From Carcharhinus amblyrhynchos (taxonomy: Eukaryota): DNA of 64,000 nucleotides. The stretch covers positions 19,034,001 through 19,098,000 of the forward strand of contig OZ336879.1 of the NCBI GenBank assembly GCA_965287045.1. The letters are read 5' to 3'. A model generated the notes under the pieces. It did not search any database and was not told where the DNA came from. It saw only the letters and a list, made by a program, of their open reading frames with translations. The position numbers and the translations under genes were made by a program. Positions 38,850 through 51,720 of this stretch are shown here, piece after piece (positions within the stretch are counted from its first letter, which is position 1; the number at the start of each line of letters is the position of its first letter).

Positions 38850-41800
38850 ACTATGAACAGGCAGAAGGCATTCTGAAGGGAGAGGGTGAACAGCCAGATG
38901 TTATGGTACAAATTGGTACTAACAACATAGGTAGGAAGAGTGATGAGGCCCTGTAACAGCAGTTTAGGGAATTAGGTAGAAAGTTAAAAAGCAGGACCTT
39001 TAGGGTTGTAATCTCAGGATTACTCCCTGTGCCATGTGCTAGTGAGGCTCAGAATAGGAAGATAGTCCCACTCAACACAAGGCTAAATAGCTGGTGTAAG
39101 AGGGAGGTTTTCAGACATCTGGACCGTTAGGGTCTCTTCTGGGGCAGGTAAGACCTCTACAAGAAGGATAGGTTGCATCTAAAACTGGAAGGGCACAAAT
39201 ATTCTTGAGGTTTGCTAGTGTCACAAGGGAGGATTTAAACTACTTTGGCAAGGCGTTGGGAACCAAAGCAAAGGTGAATTAGCTGAAGGGGAATCAGAAA
39301 GTAGGGCCAGTAAGACTCACCCAAGAAAGAGCAGGCAGAGTGTGGTTGCTAATCAAAGATGGGCTGGTGGACTGAAGTGCCTTTATTTCAATGCTAGAAG
39401 TGTAACAGGTAAAGCAGATGTTCTTAGAGCTTGGATTCGTACTAGGAATTATGATGTTGTTGCCATTACAGAGACTTGATTAAGGGAAGAACAGGATTGG
39501 CAGGTTAATATTCCCAAGATACAGATGTTTCAGGCAGGGTACAGATGCATGAAAAAGGGATGGGGGAGTTTCACTATTGGTTAAGGAGAATATCATAGCT
39601 GTACTGCGGGAGGGCACCACGGAGGGCTCATACAATGAGGCAATATGGGTAGAGCTCAGGAATAGGAAGGGTGCAGTCATAATGTTTACTATAGGCTGTC
39701 CAACCGCCAGTTGGAGATAGAGGAATAGGTATATAAGGAGATTTTAGCAAGGTGTAGAAATAATAGGGTTGTTGTGTTGGGAGTTTTAACTTTCCCTATA
39801 TTGACTAGGACTCACTTAATGCTAGGGGCATGGATGGGGTAGAGTTTGTAAGGAGCATCCAGGAGAGCTTCTTGAAATGGTATATAGATAATCCAACTAG
39901 GGAAGAGGCCATACTGGACCTGGTATTGGGGAATGAGCCCAGCCAGATGATTAATGTTTCAGTAGGGGAGCAGTTTGGAAACAGTGACCATAATTCAGTA
40001 AGCTTTAAGGTATTGATGGATAAAGATATGTGTAGTCCTCATGTTAAGATGCTAAACTGGGGCAAGGCTAATTACAAAAATATTAGGCAAGAACTGAAGA
40101 ATGTAGTTTGGGGGCAGATGATTGAGGGCAAATCAACATCTGGCATATGGGAGGCTTTCAAGTGTAAGTTGTAGGGATTCAGGACTGGCACATTCTTGTA
40201 AGGATGAAGGATAAGTATGGCAAGTTTTGGGAACCTTGGGTAATGAGAGATATTGTGAGCCTAGTCAAAGGGAGGAAGGAAGCAATGTCAAGGCTAGGAG
40301 GCTGGAAACACATGAAGCAAGTGTGAAATACAAGGAAAGTAGAAATAAACTTAAGCAAGGAATAAGGAGGGCTAAAAGGGGCCATGAAAAAGCATTGGCC
40401 AGCAAGATTAAGAAAAATCCCAAGGATTTTTACACATATATAAAGAGCAAGAGGGTAGCCAGAGACAGGATTGGCCCACTCAAGGGCAGAGGGGGGAATC
40501 TATACGTGGAGCCAGAGGAAATGAACGTAGTATTAAATGAGTGCTTTGCATCAGTATTCACCAAGGAGAAGGACTTGGTGGGTGATAAACCTGGGGAAGA
40601 GTGTGTAGATCGTTTGAGTCAAGTTGAGATCAAAAAGGAAGAGGTATTGGGGTTCTTGAGAAACATCAAGGTAGATAAGTCCTCAGGGCTTGATGGGATA
40701 TACTCCAGAATACTGAGAGAGGCAACGGAGGAAATTACTGGGGCCTTGAGAGAAATCTTTGTATCCTCACTGGCTACAGGAGAGGTCAACACAGTAAAGA
40801 GTCTGACAGCACCAGGTTTAAGTCCAACCGATTTATTTGATAGACTCACTGGGGCTTTACTGTCTACTAGTGAGTCTACTATCAAATAAATCGGTTGGAC
40901 TTAAACCTGGTGTTGTCAGACTTTTTACTGTGTTTACCCCAGTCCAACACCGGCATATCCACTACAGGAGAGGTCCCAGAGGATTGCAGAATAGTCAATG
41001 TTTTTCCTTTGTTTAAGAAGGATAGCAAGAATAATCCAGGTAATTACAGGCCAATGAGCCTTACATCAGTTGTAGGGAAATTATTCGAGAGGACTCCTTG
41101 AGATAGAATTTATTCCCACTTGGAAATAAGTGGATGTATTAGCGAGAGACAACATGGTTTTGTGAAGGGGAGGTCATCCCTCACTAACTTGATTGAGTTT
41201 TTCAAGGAAGTGGCAAAGATGATTGATGAGGGTAGGGCAGTGGATGTTGTCAACATGGACTTTAGTAAGGCCCTTGACAAGGTCCCTCATGACAAACTGG
41301 TGCAGAAGAAGTCGCATGGGATCAGAGGTGAGCTGGCAAGGTGGATAAAGAACTGCCTTGGTCATAGAAGATAAGGGTAGCAGTGGAAGGATGCATTTCT
41401 GAATGGAGGGCTCTGACAAGTGGCATTCCTCAGGGATCAATGCTGGGACCCTTGCTGTTTGCAATATATATATATGATTTGGAGGAAAATGTGACTGGTT
41501 TGGTTAGTACGTTTGCAGATGACACAAAAATTGGTGGATTTGCGGATCGCAATGAGGACCATCAGAGAATACAGCAGGACATAGATTGGTTGGAGACTTG
41601 GGTGGAGAGATGGCAGATGAGTTTAATCTGGACAAATGTGAAGTAATGCACTTTGGAAGGTCTAATACAGATAAGAAATATACAGTAAATGGCAAAACCC
41701 AAAAGAGTATTGATAGGCAGAGGGATCTGGGTATACAGGTATACAGGTCACTGAAAGTGGCAACACAGGTAGAGAAGGTAGTCAAGGAGGCATACAGCAT

Positions 41801-42410
41801 GCTTGCCTTAATTGGCCGGGGCATTGAGTTTAAAAATTGACAAGTCATGTTGCAGCTTTATAGAACCTTAGTTAGGCCGCTTTTGGAATTTAGTGTTCAA
41901 TTCTGGTTGACACACCACCAGAGTGATGTGGAGGCTTTGGAGAGGGTACAGAAATGATTTACCAGGATGTTTTCTGGTCTGGAGGACATTAGCTATGAGG
42001 AGAGTTTGGAGAAACTTGGTTTGTTCTCACTAGAACGATGGAGGTTGAGGGTCGACCTGATAGAGGTCTACAAGATTATGAGGAGTATGGACAGAGTGGA
42101 TAGTCAGAAGCTATTTCCCAGGATGAAAGAGTCAATTACTAGGGGGCATAGGTTTAAGGTGCAAGGTTTAAAGGAGATGTACGAGGCTTTTTTTTTTACA
42201 CAGACAGCACAGGGCGCCTGGTGGAGGTGGTTGAAGCAGATAAGATACTGATTTTTAAGGGGCATCTTGACAAATACATGAATAGGATGGGAATAGAGGG
42301 ATATGGTCCCCGAAATGGTAGGGGATTTTAGTTCAGTCAGGCAACATGGTCAGTGCAGGCTTAGAGGGCTGAAGTGCCTGTGCTGTAATTTTCTTTGATC
42401 TTTTTCTTTG
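38850..42410 (+). mobile_element. Long 5'-truncated CR1 (HER1-like) LINE, ORF1 end + ORF2, inactivated
   Basis: ORF1 esterase end (EGILKGEGEQPDVMVQIGTNNIGRK); APE (CLYFNARS, EAILDLVLGNE, SDHNS); RT (PGNYRPMSLTS, QHGFVKGRS, GIPQGSMLGPLLF, FADDTKIG); many stops and frameshifts; 3' tail. Confidence 0.95.
40788..40961. mobile_element. Fold-back Penelope-like mini-element, family A, inserted in CR1 ORF2
   Basis: Near-perfect inverted arms; exact 14-bp TSD ctacaggagaggtc (40774-40787, 40962-40975). Confidence 0.9.
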
Positions 42411-43871
42411 ACTACAATCTTCGTCACCCAGAACTCAAAGGTTATCAGTTATTCTACCATGACTAGAATGTGCTTCAAGTACCTTAGAAGGCACTACTAA
42501 CATATCCTTTTCTTTCTTGTAGGCAAAACTGATAACATACGAGAAACAGCCTGTCTCCACATCCTCTCTCGTTTATCAAAGAAACCGTGCTTGCCCTCTT
42601 GGGCAGGGTCAAGATTGTTTCAATAGGCAATTCCAGAGGAAATAACATACAGGATTTCTTCTTAGCTAATTTTTTTTTTGTCTGTTTTGACTTCTATCTC
42701 ACACCACGCACAATTGCATTACGAATTACAGGTATTCTCACCACTGACTTCCTTAACTTTGCTGTATTTTTACACCAAAAGATGACTTCTATCCTTTCTT
42801 TGATTCCATATGTTGAGAATGGTGCAGTGGGGGAGGAGCAGAGTAAGCTCAGGGATTTGCATGGTCAAACAACCTGACTCTTGCGAGTATTAGTTCACAT
42901 TATTAATATTGCATGCACTTTAAGAGTTAAGGCTGTAAAAATCTGTTGTTTAGCACTTGCATATTTGATGACATGAGCGCCATCTTAGGTTCAACATGGT
43001 ATGTGCCCCGCGCGTGTGCACATTTGGTGCTGCCTGCACTGGGCACCGTTTTGGCTGAGGGTGTTAGCATAGCGGCAGGAGTGCGAACAGCAAGCATGCA
43101 GAGTGTTCAGATTGTGCAGTCTTCAGTTAGTCACAAATGCTGTTCTCATGCATTTGCTGTCATTTTTGACTTAAACAGCCCAATGATTAAGAACCTTATG
43201 CAGATGAACATACATTCAGAAGCAGAAAGCATCCCTCAGCAGCGCTATTTGAAGGAGCCACCAATTACGCTCAGATTTATTGCTGACTGATTCCTATTGG
43301 CTGCTGCTGAGAGAGTGGAAGTGATTCCTGGCTTTTGCTGCTGCTCAAAGTTGCTGAACTCTACAGGAAGTGGTGTGACATGTGCTGACAGACATGACCT
43401 TGACTTTATGGGTTTTGTTCAGCCATTCACTTAAGAAATTAATGCAGTTGTTCCTATCCGCTCAGGCCTAGAGTATGGCAGGGAGAAGCAAGAGAGATAA
43501 CGAGAACAAACTATTCAAAGCATTAGAAAGAAGGGGGAAGATCTCAACACAAAGCCATGTCCAACTAGAGTCTTTGGAGAAAAATTCTCCTGCCTGAACC
43601 TTGGTACAAAACAGTGTGTTATAAACCTTTGCTTCTCTAAGGAGGTCCTCACTAATGCCCGACACTTGTTGCAAAGGATCAGGTGAAGATGGTCAATGGG
43701 TGTGTCAGTGACCATAGCAATGAACCTTTATTCATCGGCCTCCTTCCAGGCTGAAGCAGGTAGTATTTGCAGCAGATCCTAATTTGCCATTCACTGTTCC
43801 ATATGGGATGTCAATGATAGCCACTAGATTCGTTCCTGGGAAGATGGGGCTATCCTGTAGTGAGATATTGA

Positions 43872-44540
43872 TTTCTTTTATTTTTTATTCACGGGACGTG
43901 GGCTTTGCTGGCTTGGCCAAAACTTTTTGTCCATCCCTATGTGGCCTTGGTGGTGTGCTGACTTCCTGAACTGCTGCAATCCATGTGTTGGAGGAACACA
44001 CGCAGTGCTGTTAGGAAGAGAGTTCCAGTATTTTACCAATACTGAAGGGATAGTGATAGATTTTCAAGTCAGGATGACATGTGACTTGGAAAGGAACTTG
44101 CAGAAAATTGTGCTCCCGTACATCTGCTGCTCTTGCCCTTCTAGGTGATAAAGGCTGTGAGTTTGGAAGGTGCTGTTGAAGGAGCTTAGTGAGTTGCTAC
44201 AGTGCACACTACAGATGGGAAGCACTGCTGCCACTGTGCATTGGGGTGGAGGGAGCAAATGTTGAAGGCAGTGGATAGAGTGCCAGCCAATCTGGCTGCT
44301 TTGACCTGGATGGCATAGAGCTTATTAAGTGCTGTTGGAGCTGCATTCATCCAGGCAAGTGGAGAGTATTCCATCAAATGCTTGAATTGTGCCTTGTAGA
44401 TAGTGGACGTGCTTTGGAGAGTCAAGAGGTGAGATACCATCTGCAGAATTCCCAGCCTCTAACCTGTGCTTGTAACTGCAGTATTTACATAGCTGGACTA
44501 GTTCGCTTTCTGGCTAATGGTAACCTCTAGGGTGTTGATA
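43872..44540 (-). mobile_element. CR1-group LINE 3' end (distinct from HER1-like CR1)
   Basis: ORF 44186-44440 IYKAQFKHLMEYSPLAWMNAAPTALNKLYAIQVKAARL; tail shared with SINE family B. Confidence 0.8.
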
Positions 44541-44544
44541 ATGA

Positions 44545-44900
44545 CCTATCAAAATCGGGGCAAAATGAGAGGCAATCTCATAGAAACACATATAACCCTG
44601 AAGCATTTTGATGGGATAGATTTTGCAAGACTGTTTCTGCTGGTTAGGGAATCTAAAACACTGGGACAGAGTCTCAGGATAAGGGGCCAATCATTTAGGA
44701 CTGAGATGAAGAGAAATAATTTGACTCAAAGCGTTGTGAATCATTGGAATTCTCTACTCCAGATGATTTTGGATGCTCAATTATTGTACATAATTAAGGC
44801 TGGGATTGACTGATTTTTGGTCTCTCAGGGAATCCAAGGATATGAAGATTGGGGAGGAAGGTAGAGTTAAGTCCAAGATCAACCATAATTGTATTGTATT
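44545..44900 (+). mobile_element. CR1 3' fragment
   Basis: MRGNLIETH...ESKTLGQSLRIRG...TQSVVNHWNSL. Confidence 0.8.
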
Positions 44901-45399
44901 CTGCTTTGCCAGAGTGCAGTAGAAGGAAAACTGAACTTATTGCTTTGACAGGCTTCCCCATGCTGGAAGGTTTCATTGACTGCATACATGTTGTTTTGCC
45001 ATCACTGCATGTAAATTTGGGAATGTACCACATCTGGAAGGGATTCCACTGCCTCAGTGTCCAGTTGGTGTGTGACTGTACTCAATGCAAAATGCAGATC
45101 AATTGCCCAATATCCTGGCAGCAGTCATGGTGTCTTCACTTGGCAGCAATCTGCATTTTCATCTGCTTCTGTGACAACATGACAAATTTGGCTACTGAGA
45201 GACAAAAACTCTCTGCTCAACAATGGCTCATGATTCTGGTGTACAATCCATGCACATGTGGGAATCATGTATAAAACAAAAACCATGCTGCACACTAAAT
45301 ATCATCAAGTAGAAAATTGGGCTGCTTGAGCAGTGATTATCCCACTTGGACCACTCTGGAGAAGGCCTACAGTACCCATTAGAATTTGAATTTTGATTT

Positions 45400-45930
45400 G
45401 ATCTGTATTATTATTGTCACATGTATTGGTATATAGTAAAAAGCATTGTTTCTTGTGTGCTTTACAGACAAAGCATATTATTCATAGACTACAGAGGGGA
45501 GAAGGAAAGAAGAGGATGCAGAATGAAGTATTACAGTCATAGCTAGAGTGCAGACAAAGCAGAAAGGTCAACTTAATACAAGGTAGGTCCATTTAAAAGT
45601 CTGATGGCAGCAAGAAAGAAGCTGTTCATGAGTCAGTTGGTATGTGACTCAGAGTTTTGCATTTTTTTCCCAATGGAAGAAGGTGGAAGAGAGAATGTCC
45701 AGGGAGCGTGAGTCCTTAATTATACTGACTGTTTTCTGGAGCAGGGGGAAGTGTAGACAGAGTCAATGGATGGGAGGCTGATTTGCATGATGGACTGGGC
45801 TATGTTCAAAACCCTCTGCAGTTTCTTGCAGTCTTGGTCAGAGCAGGAATCATACCAAGCTGTGAAACATCCGGAAATAATGCTTTTGATGGTACATCTG
45901 TAAAAATTGGTGAGAGTTGTAGTGGACATG
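45400..45930 (-). mobile_element. Rex1/Babar-type LINE 3' end
   Basis: ORF 45720-45929 MSTTTLTNFYRCTIKSIISGCFTAWYDSCSDQDCKKLQRV. Confidence 0.85.
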
Positions 45931-46829
45931 ATTCATTGTAACCTGCCACACACATTCCACACTGCACAACTTGGTCATCATGTACAACATAAAGCACAGC
46001 AAGCCACAAACTGATATTATTGAAACATTCCCCCGGGCCATATTGTGAGAAGTCATAAACCTTCATATGCACCAACATCAGTGCTTGAAGACTCCATTAA
46101 AGGATTTAATTCATAACACAATTTAGCTGGTGCGATGTGTTGTCATGTAGCTTTATGAGCCAAATATGGAGGAATAGCCTTCATACTTCATGCTGTGGAA
46201 GGACAAGGAATGGGGTGGTGGTGTTGGCACCTTTGAAACAAACAGTCTGGTCGCTGCAAATAAAGCATGATGAGCTGCCGTGGGAGCTCTTACAATTACA
46301 ATTAATAATAGTAATGGCGGGTTGTATGAAGGAAGAGACAAAACATTGTGGGTCAATGAGACTCTGGATTTGAAAGTGATCTATAATCTGTGTCATTTCT
46401 CCCCCGAGCCCTGTGCTGCTGCTGCCTTTGGCTATCCATGGGGCGAAAACAATAAAATTGTTTGTTCTCGCAAACACCAGCATCAACCAAACTGCATAAT
46501 GCAAGCATGAACTACTGAATGACTAATGTGACTAATATCCCCATCTGCCAGCATGGAATGAGCTGGAGGCAAAAAACTTCAAGGCTGCTGTGACCCTGAC
46601 TGCAAATAAAACGTTGTCCTTTGTTGATACAATTTATTGTGAATTTGTTTCCCTGCAGCTGTGATCTCTGTTCACACTTTCTGTCTGCTTATCCCCTTGT
46701 CCTCTTACAAAGAGTGGAAACAGGAGATGGATGCCCATAAAAATAGAAGTATACAGGTCAAAGCCCATTAAGAGTTCAAACTGTTGTCATGTCACTACAA
46801 TTCCTTTGAAATGGTTTAGGTCACCAGAA

Positions 46830-48880
46830 AAGGAGGCTTTCAAAAGTGTGTTAACCAGGATTCAGGGCAAGCACAATCCTCTTAGAGTGAAAGGCAAGGC
46901 TGGCAGAAGTAGGGAACCCTGGATGACTTGGGATATTGAGGTTCTGGTCAAGAAGAAGACGACATGCAATAGGCACTGGGATCAAGTAAATCCCTTGAAA
47001 AGTATGGGGGGTGTAGGAGTAGAGTTCAGAGAAAAATCAGGAGGACGAAAAGAGGACACAAGGTTGTTTTGGCAGACAAGGCAAAGGAGAATCCAAAGAG
47101 CTTCTACAAATACATAAAAAGGCAAGAGTAACAAGGGAGAGAGTAGGGCCTCTTAAGGATCAAAGTCATCTAAATGTGGATCCACAAGAGATGGGTGAGA
47201 TCCTAAATGAATACTTCTCATCAGTATTTGCTGTTGGGAAAAACATGGATGTTAGGGAACTTAAGGAAATAAATAGTGATGTCTTGAGGAGTGTACATAT
47301 TACAGAGAAAGAGATGCTGGAAGTCTTAAAGAGCATCAAGGTAGATAAATGCCCTGGACCTGATGAAGTGTATCCCAGGACATTTTTGGAGGCCAGGGAG
47401 GGAATTGTGGGTTCCCTACCAGAGATATTTGAATCATTGTTAGTCACAGGTGAGGTGCCTAAAGATTGGAAGGTGGCAAATTGTTGTGCCTTCATTTAAA
47501 AAGAGCTGCGGGAAAAAGCCTGAGAACTACAGGCTAGTGAGCCTGGGTAAGTTGTTAGAAGGTATTTTGTGAGACAAAATCTACAAGCATTTAGAGATGC
47601 AAGGACTGATTAGGGACAACCAGCATGGCTTTGAGAGTGGAGAATCATGTCTCATAAATTTGATTGAGTTTTTTGAAGGGGTAACCAAGAAGGTAGATGA
47701 GGGCAGAGCAGTTCATGTTGTCTACATGAGAACAAGGCCTTTGACAAGGTACCATATGGTAATTTGTTGCGTAAGATTAAATCCCACAGGATCCAGGGTG
47801 AGATATCTAAATGGATACAAAATTGGCTTGATGACAGAAGCCAGAGGATAATTATAGAGGGTTATTTTTCAAACTGGAGACCTGTGACCAGCAGTGTGCC
47901 TCAGGGATCAGTGCTGGGTCCACTTTTATTTGTCATTTATATTAATGATTTGGATGAGAATATAGGAGGCATGCTAGTAAGTTTGCAGATGACATCAAGA
48001 TTAGTGGCATCTTAAACAGTGAAGAAAGTTATCTCTGCTTGCAACGGGATCTTGATCAATTGGGCTGACGAAAGGCAGATGGAGTTTAATTTAGATAAAT
48101 GTGAGGTAATGCATTTTGGTAGATTGAACCAGGACAGGACTTACTCAGTTAATGGTAGGGCATTGGAAGAGCTATAGAACAAGGAGATCAAGGGATACAT
48201 GTTCATAGCTCCTTGAAACTGGAGTCACAGGTGGACAGAATGATGAATAAGGCATTTGGCATGCTTGGTTTTATTGGTCAGAACATTGAATACGGGAGCT
48301 GGGACATCTTGTTGAAGTTGTACAAGACATTGGTAAGGCCACACTTGAATACTGTGTACAGTTCTGGTCACCCTACTAAAGAAAGGATATTATTAAACTA
48401 GAAAGAATGAATAAAAGATTTACTAGGATGCTACTTGGACTTGATGGTTTGACTTACGAGGAGAGCTGGATAGATTGGGACTTTTTCCTCTGGAGTGTAG
48501 AAGGCTGAGAGGTGATCTTACAGAGATCTATAAGATAATGAGGACATAGATCAACTAGATAGTCAATATCTTTTCCCAAAGATAGCGGAGTCTAAAACTA
48601 GATGGCATAGATTTAAGAGTGGAGAGATACAAAAGTGTCTAGGGGGGCATTTTTTTTTCCCCACACAGAGGATGGTGAGTGTCTGGAACAAGTGCCAGAG
48701 ATAGTCATAGAGACAGGTACAATTTTGCCTTTTAAAAAGCATTTAGACAGTTACATGGGTAAGATGGGTTTAGAGGGATATTGGCCAAGTGCAGGCAATT
48801 GGGAATTCGGGGTTTAAAAAAAAAAGGGCGGTATGGACCGAAGAGCTTGTTTCCATGCTGTAAACCTCTGACTCTAAAAC
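46830..48880 (+). mobile_element. 5'-truncated CR1 LINE (RT to 3' tail), degenerate
   Basis: [52 protein letters not shown]. Confidence 0.95.
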
Positions 48881-48969
48881 AAAATGAAACATTCCAGAAT
48901 TTTGCCTGAGGATTGCTGAGGGACCATTTAAATTCAAATATACAATCACTAACTCATGGGGTTGAAGAT

Positions 48970-49400
48970 TTTATTTATGCATTCATGAGATGAGAGGTGT
49001 CACATTCAGTATTTATTGTCAATCAATAATTGTCCTTGTGAAGGTGGTGGTGAGCCAGCTTTTTTTACTTGCAAGCGCAAAGGTTTTCATACAGGTGGGT
49101 CATTTGTTAAGCTAATTTAGAGGACAATTAAGAGACAACCCCATGGCTGTAGATGGGGAGTCACATCCAGGCTAGACCAGGTGGAGGTGACCACTATTAT
49201 TCCTTCAGGAACTTTAGTGAACCAGATGGGTTTTTACAACAATCTGGTGGTTCTATGGTCATTATTAATTATATTAGCTTCTTTCAATTCCAGTCTAATT
49301 AATTGAATTTTGATCCCCCAGATGTTGTGGTGGGATTTGAACGTATGATTTTAATGATCTATCAAGGCCTTTGAATTACTTATTCAGTTACCTGCCTAAT
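48970..49400 (-). mobile_element. SINE family B
   Basis: Reverse of the 55480 family: tttatgcattcatgagatg tail, gtgaaccagatgggttttt core, gtgggatttgaac B box. Confidence 0.75.
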
Positions 49401-50023
49401 GCCTTGTTCCCCATATATTTGTGTTGGCAATGCAGGCAGAGGTGAAAACAATGTCAGAGGCTTTGACAGCATCATTTGACCTGCTTTCTTTTTTTCATGA
49501 TGCTGCCAGCTATTTCCATCAGGGTTTCCATCTGCTCAAATCACAGTCGAGCTAAAAAAAAAATCAAAATGTGTGGCAGTTCAGTTCTCCACAAGATTTT
49601 AGTCCCAATATCAGTCCAATTGCAGTTGTAAATGGGACAGTGATGAGATGAAAATTGACCTCACAAACTCCAACATCAAATGGTCAAATTTGTTGATGAT
49701 ACCAAAATGGAACGAGATGGAGCACAGATAATCAAACCTATGCAAACAGCTCTAAAATTAGTGTTAGCGCAACAAAGTAACTGTGTTGACAAATGAACAA
49801 AGGGTGATATTTAATGCAGACATCAGTGAACTTCATGTGGGAAATCATGTACACTTGCTCAGATAGATCCAAGGAGCAAAATAAGCAGCACCTATAATCT
49901 GTGAATGTATTGAAACATGTGAGGTGGAAGCAGGCTTGATAGACTTGTCAATGAACATTATCCAAGTGTTTCACAACAACAAACTGCAAAGGTAATATAT
50001 TCACTGACTACATATCTAAAAGT

Positions 50024-50224
50024 GTGGAGATGATGGTGTTGGACTGGGGATGGGCATTGTAAGAAGTCTCACAACACCAGGTTAGAGTCCAACAAGTTTT
50101 TTGGAACTACAAGCTTTTGGGGCGCTGTTCCTTCATCAGGTGAGTGAAACAGCAGCGCTCTGAAAGCTCATGATTGCAAATAAACTTGTTGGACTTTAAC
50201 CTGGTGTTGTGCGACTTCTCACTA
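50024..50224. mobile_element. Fold-back Penelope-like mini-element, family A, retaining hammerhead core
   Basis: Inverted arms; degenerate TSD tacatatctaaaagt / tacatacctaaagt; minus strand cCTGATGAaggaacagcgccccAAAAgctt (about 50140-50111). Confidence 0.85.
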
Positions 50225-50289
50225 TACATACCTAAAGTCATTGAATAGAAATTTCATAAAAATGAAATGTATGTGGTGAGGCCACACAT

Positions 50290-51560
50290 GTCACAGTTTT
50301 TGTCAAAGGAGGTCATTTGCGCTATCAAGTCCATGTTGGTTCTTCTCAGAAATCCAGTGAGTCCCAGACCCCTCCCCTTCTCACTCTCCTTCGACACCTG
50401 AAGCCCTGCCAATTATTTTCCTTCCTATCCAATTTTCTTTAGAAATGATTGATTTTTTTTCCTGCTTCACCACTCTTGTGGATGGCAAGTTCCAAGTCAT
50501 TGCCACTTGATGCATAGAAAACTCTTCTTCACATTCCGCCTGCATCTCCTGCCCAAAACCTTAAATCTGAGTCCCCTAACCCTCGTACCATCAGCCAGTA
50601 AAAAGGTTTTTCTTGTCTTTCTTTTGAAGATCCGTCAAAATCTTGCACACATCTATCAAATTTCTCCTAAATTTCCCTTCCTCCAAGAAAACCAACCCCA
50701 GACTCTCGAATCTAACCTTGTAAATTAAATTCCCCATTCCTGGATCCATTCTGATAACTATCTTCTGCCCTCTCTCAATTCGTCTCTAACCCTCAAAGCC
50801 TTACCAAAGTGTGGTGACCAGAACTGGATGCAATACATTCCACTTGCGCCCTTAACTAGAGGTTCATGAAAATTTGGCATAACTTCATTGATTTTGTACT
50901 CAATACTTCAATTTAAGTAACTCAAAATCCCACATACTTTGCTAACCACTCTCTCAACAAGTCCCAGCCACCTTCAGTTATTGTTGCAGATGCTCTGGTC
51001 ATTTTGTTCTCACACACTCTTTATATCCAACCATTAAGTGTATATTGCCTCTCTCTATCCCGTCTGCCAAAATGCAACAGTCACACTTCTCTATATTAAA
51101 TTCCAGCTGTGACTCACCTGCTGATTTTTCTAGCCTATCCATGTCAGGTTGCAAGTGATCCATATCATCCTTACAATTTCTCCAAGTTTGATTTCATTAG
51201 AAAATTTTAAAAATTCTACTCCGTACGAAGAAAAGCAGTTGTCCTAGCTCAAAGTCTGAGGAAACAGCACTGTCCACCATCCTTCAGTCTCAAAAATACT
51301 CATCTATTAATGATTCGCTCTTTTCAATCCTTAAGCCAATTTTAAAAATTCTGTTCCATCAGCATCAATTTTTGCTAACCAGCCTTTTATGTGGTACTTT
51401 GTTGAAAGCCTTCTTAAAACCCATAGGCACAACATCTGTTGCATTCCTATCATCAAACTTTTCCATTACTTCAATAAAAGATATCAACTGGATTAGTCAA
51501 AGCTGATCTGTCTTTTGCAAATCCATTCTAGCTCTCCTTAATTAAGTCAAAGCTCCAAAT
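50290..51560 (-). mobile_element. CR1 LINE RT/3' fragment
   Basis: Reverse YCIQFWSPHF and YGFKKAFNKVPHKRL remnants with CR1 tail at the left end. Confidence 0.75.
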
Positions 51561-51720
51561 GTGTCTGCAGATCTTTAGTAATTGAAATACAAAGGAAATA
51601 CTAAACTGGAACCAAAGCGAAGAAGAGTCATAAACATCAAGGAGGTAATGGTGTCATGAAAAGCTCAAAAAAACTTAAGCTTTTTGACTCCAGAGAGGAG
51701 ACATCTGAAAATTAATTGCA

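Larger units (their letters stand above)
43460..45990 (+). pseudogene. Fragmented PIF/Harbinger (HARBI1-like) transposase
   Basis: N-term remnants about 43550-43830 (FSKEVLT, VTIAMNLYSSASFQAEAG), DDE core GFPMLEGFIDCIHV...KGFHCLSVQLVCD...YPGSSH (44945-45130), LDHSGEGLQYP about 45345, LHNLVIM about 45965. Confidence 0.8.

Noticed and set aside
39830-42251. Multiple RT-like ORFs that might suggest an active reverse transcriptase system
   Set aside because: Frameshifted, stop-ridden pieces of one CR1 ORF2; ORF 40227-40889 reads into the inserted hairpin
42480-42880. Unique segment with a strong plus-strand acceptor (ttttctttcttgtAG at about 42522) and partly open frames on both strands
   Set aside because: All frames stop early and no convincing donor or recognisable protein was found
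44849-45274. 141-aa ORF as a host HARBI1 gene
   Set aside because: Start lies in a CR1 tail, the frame shifts near the YPGSSH motif and flanking transposase parts are disrupted; transposon fossil
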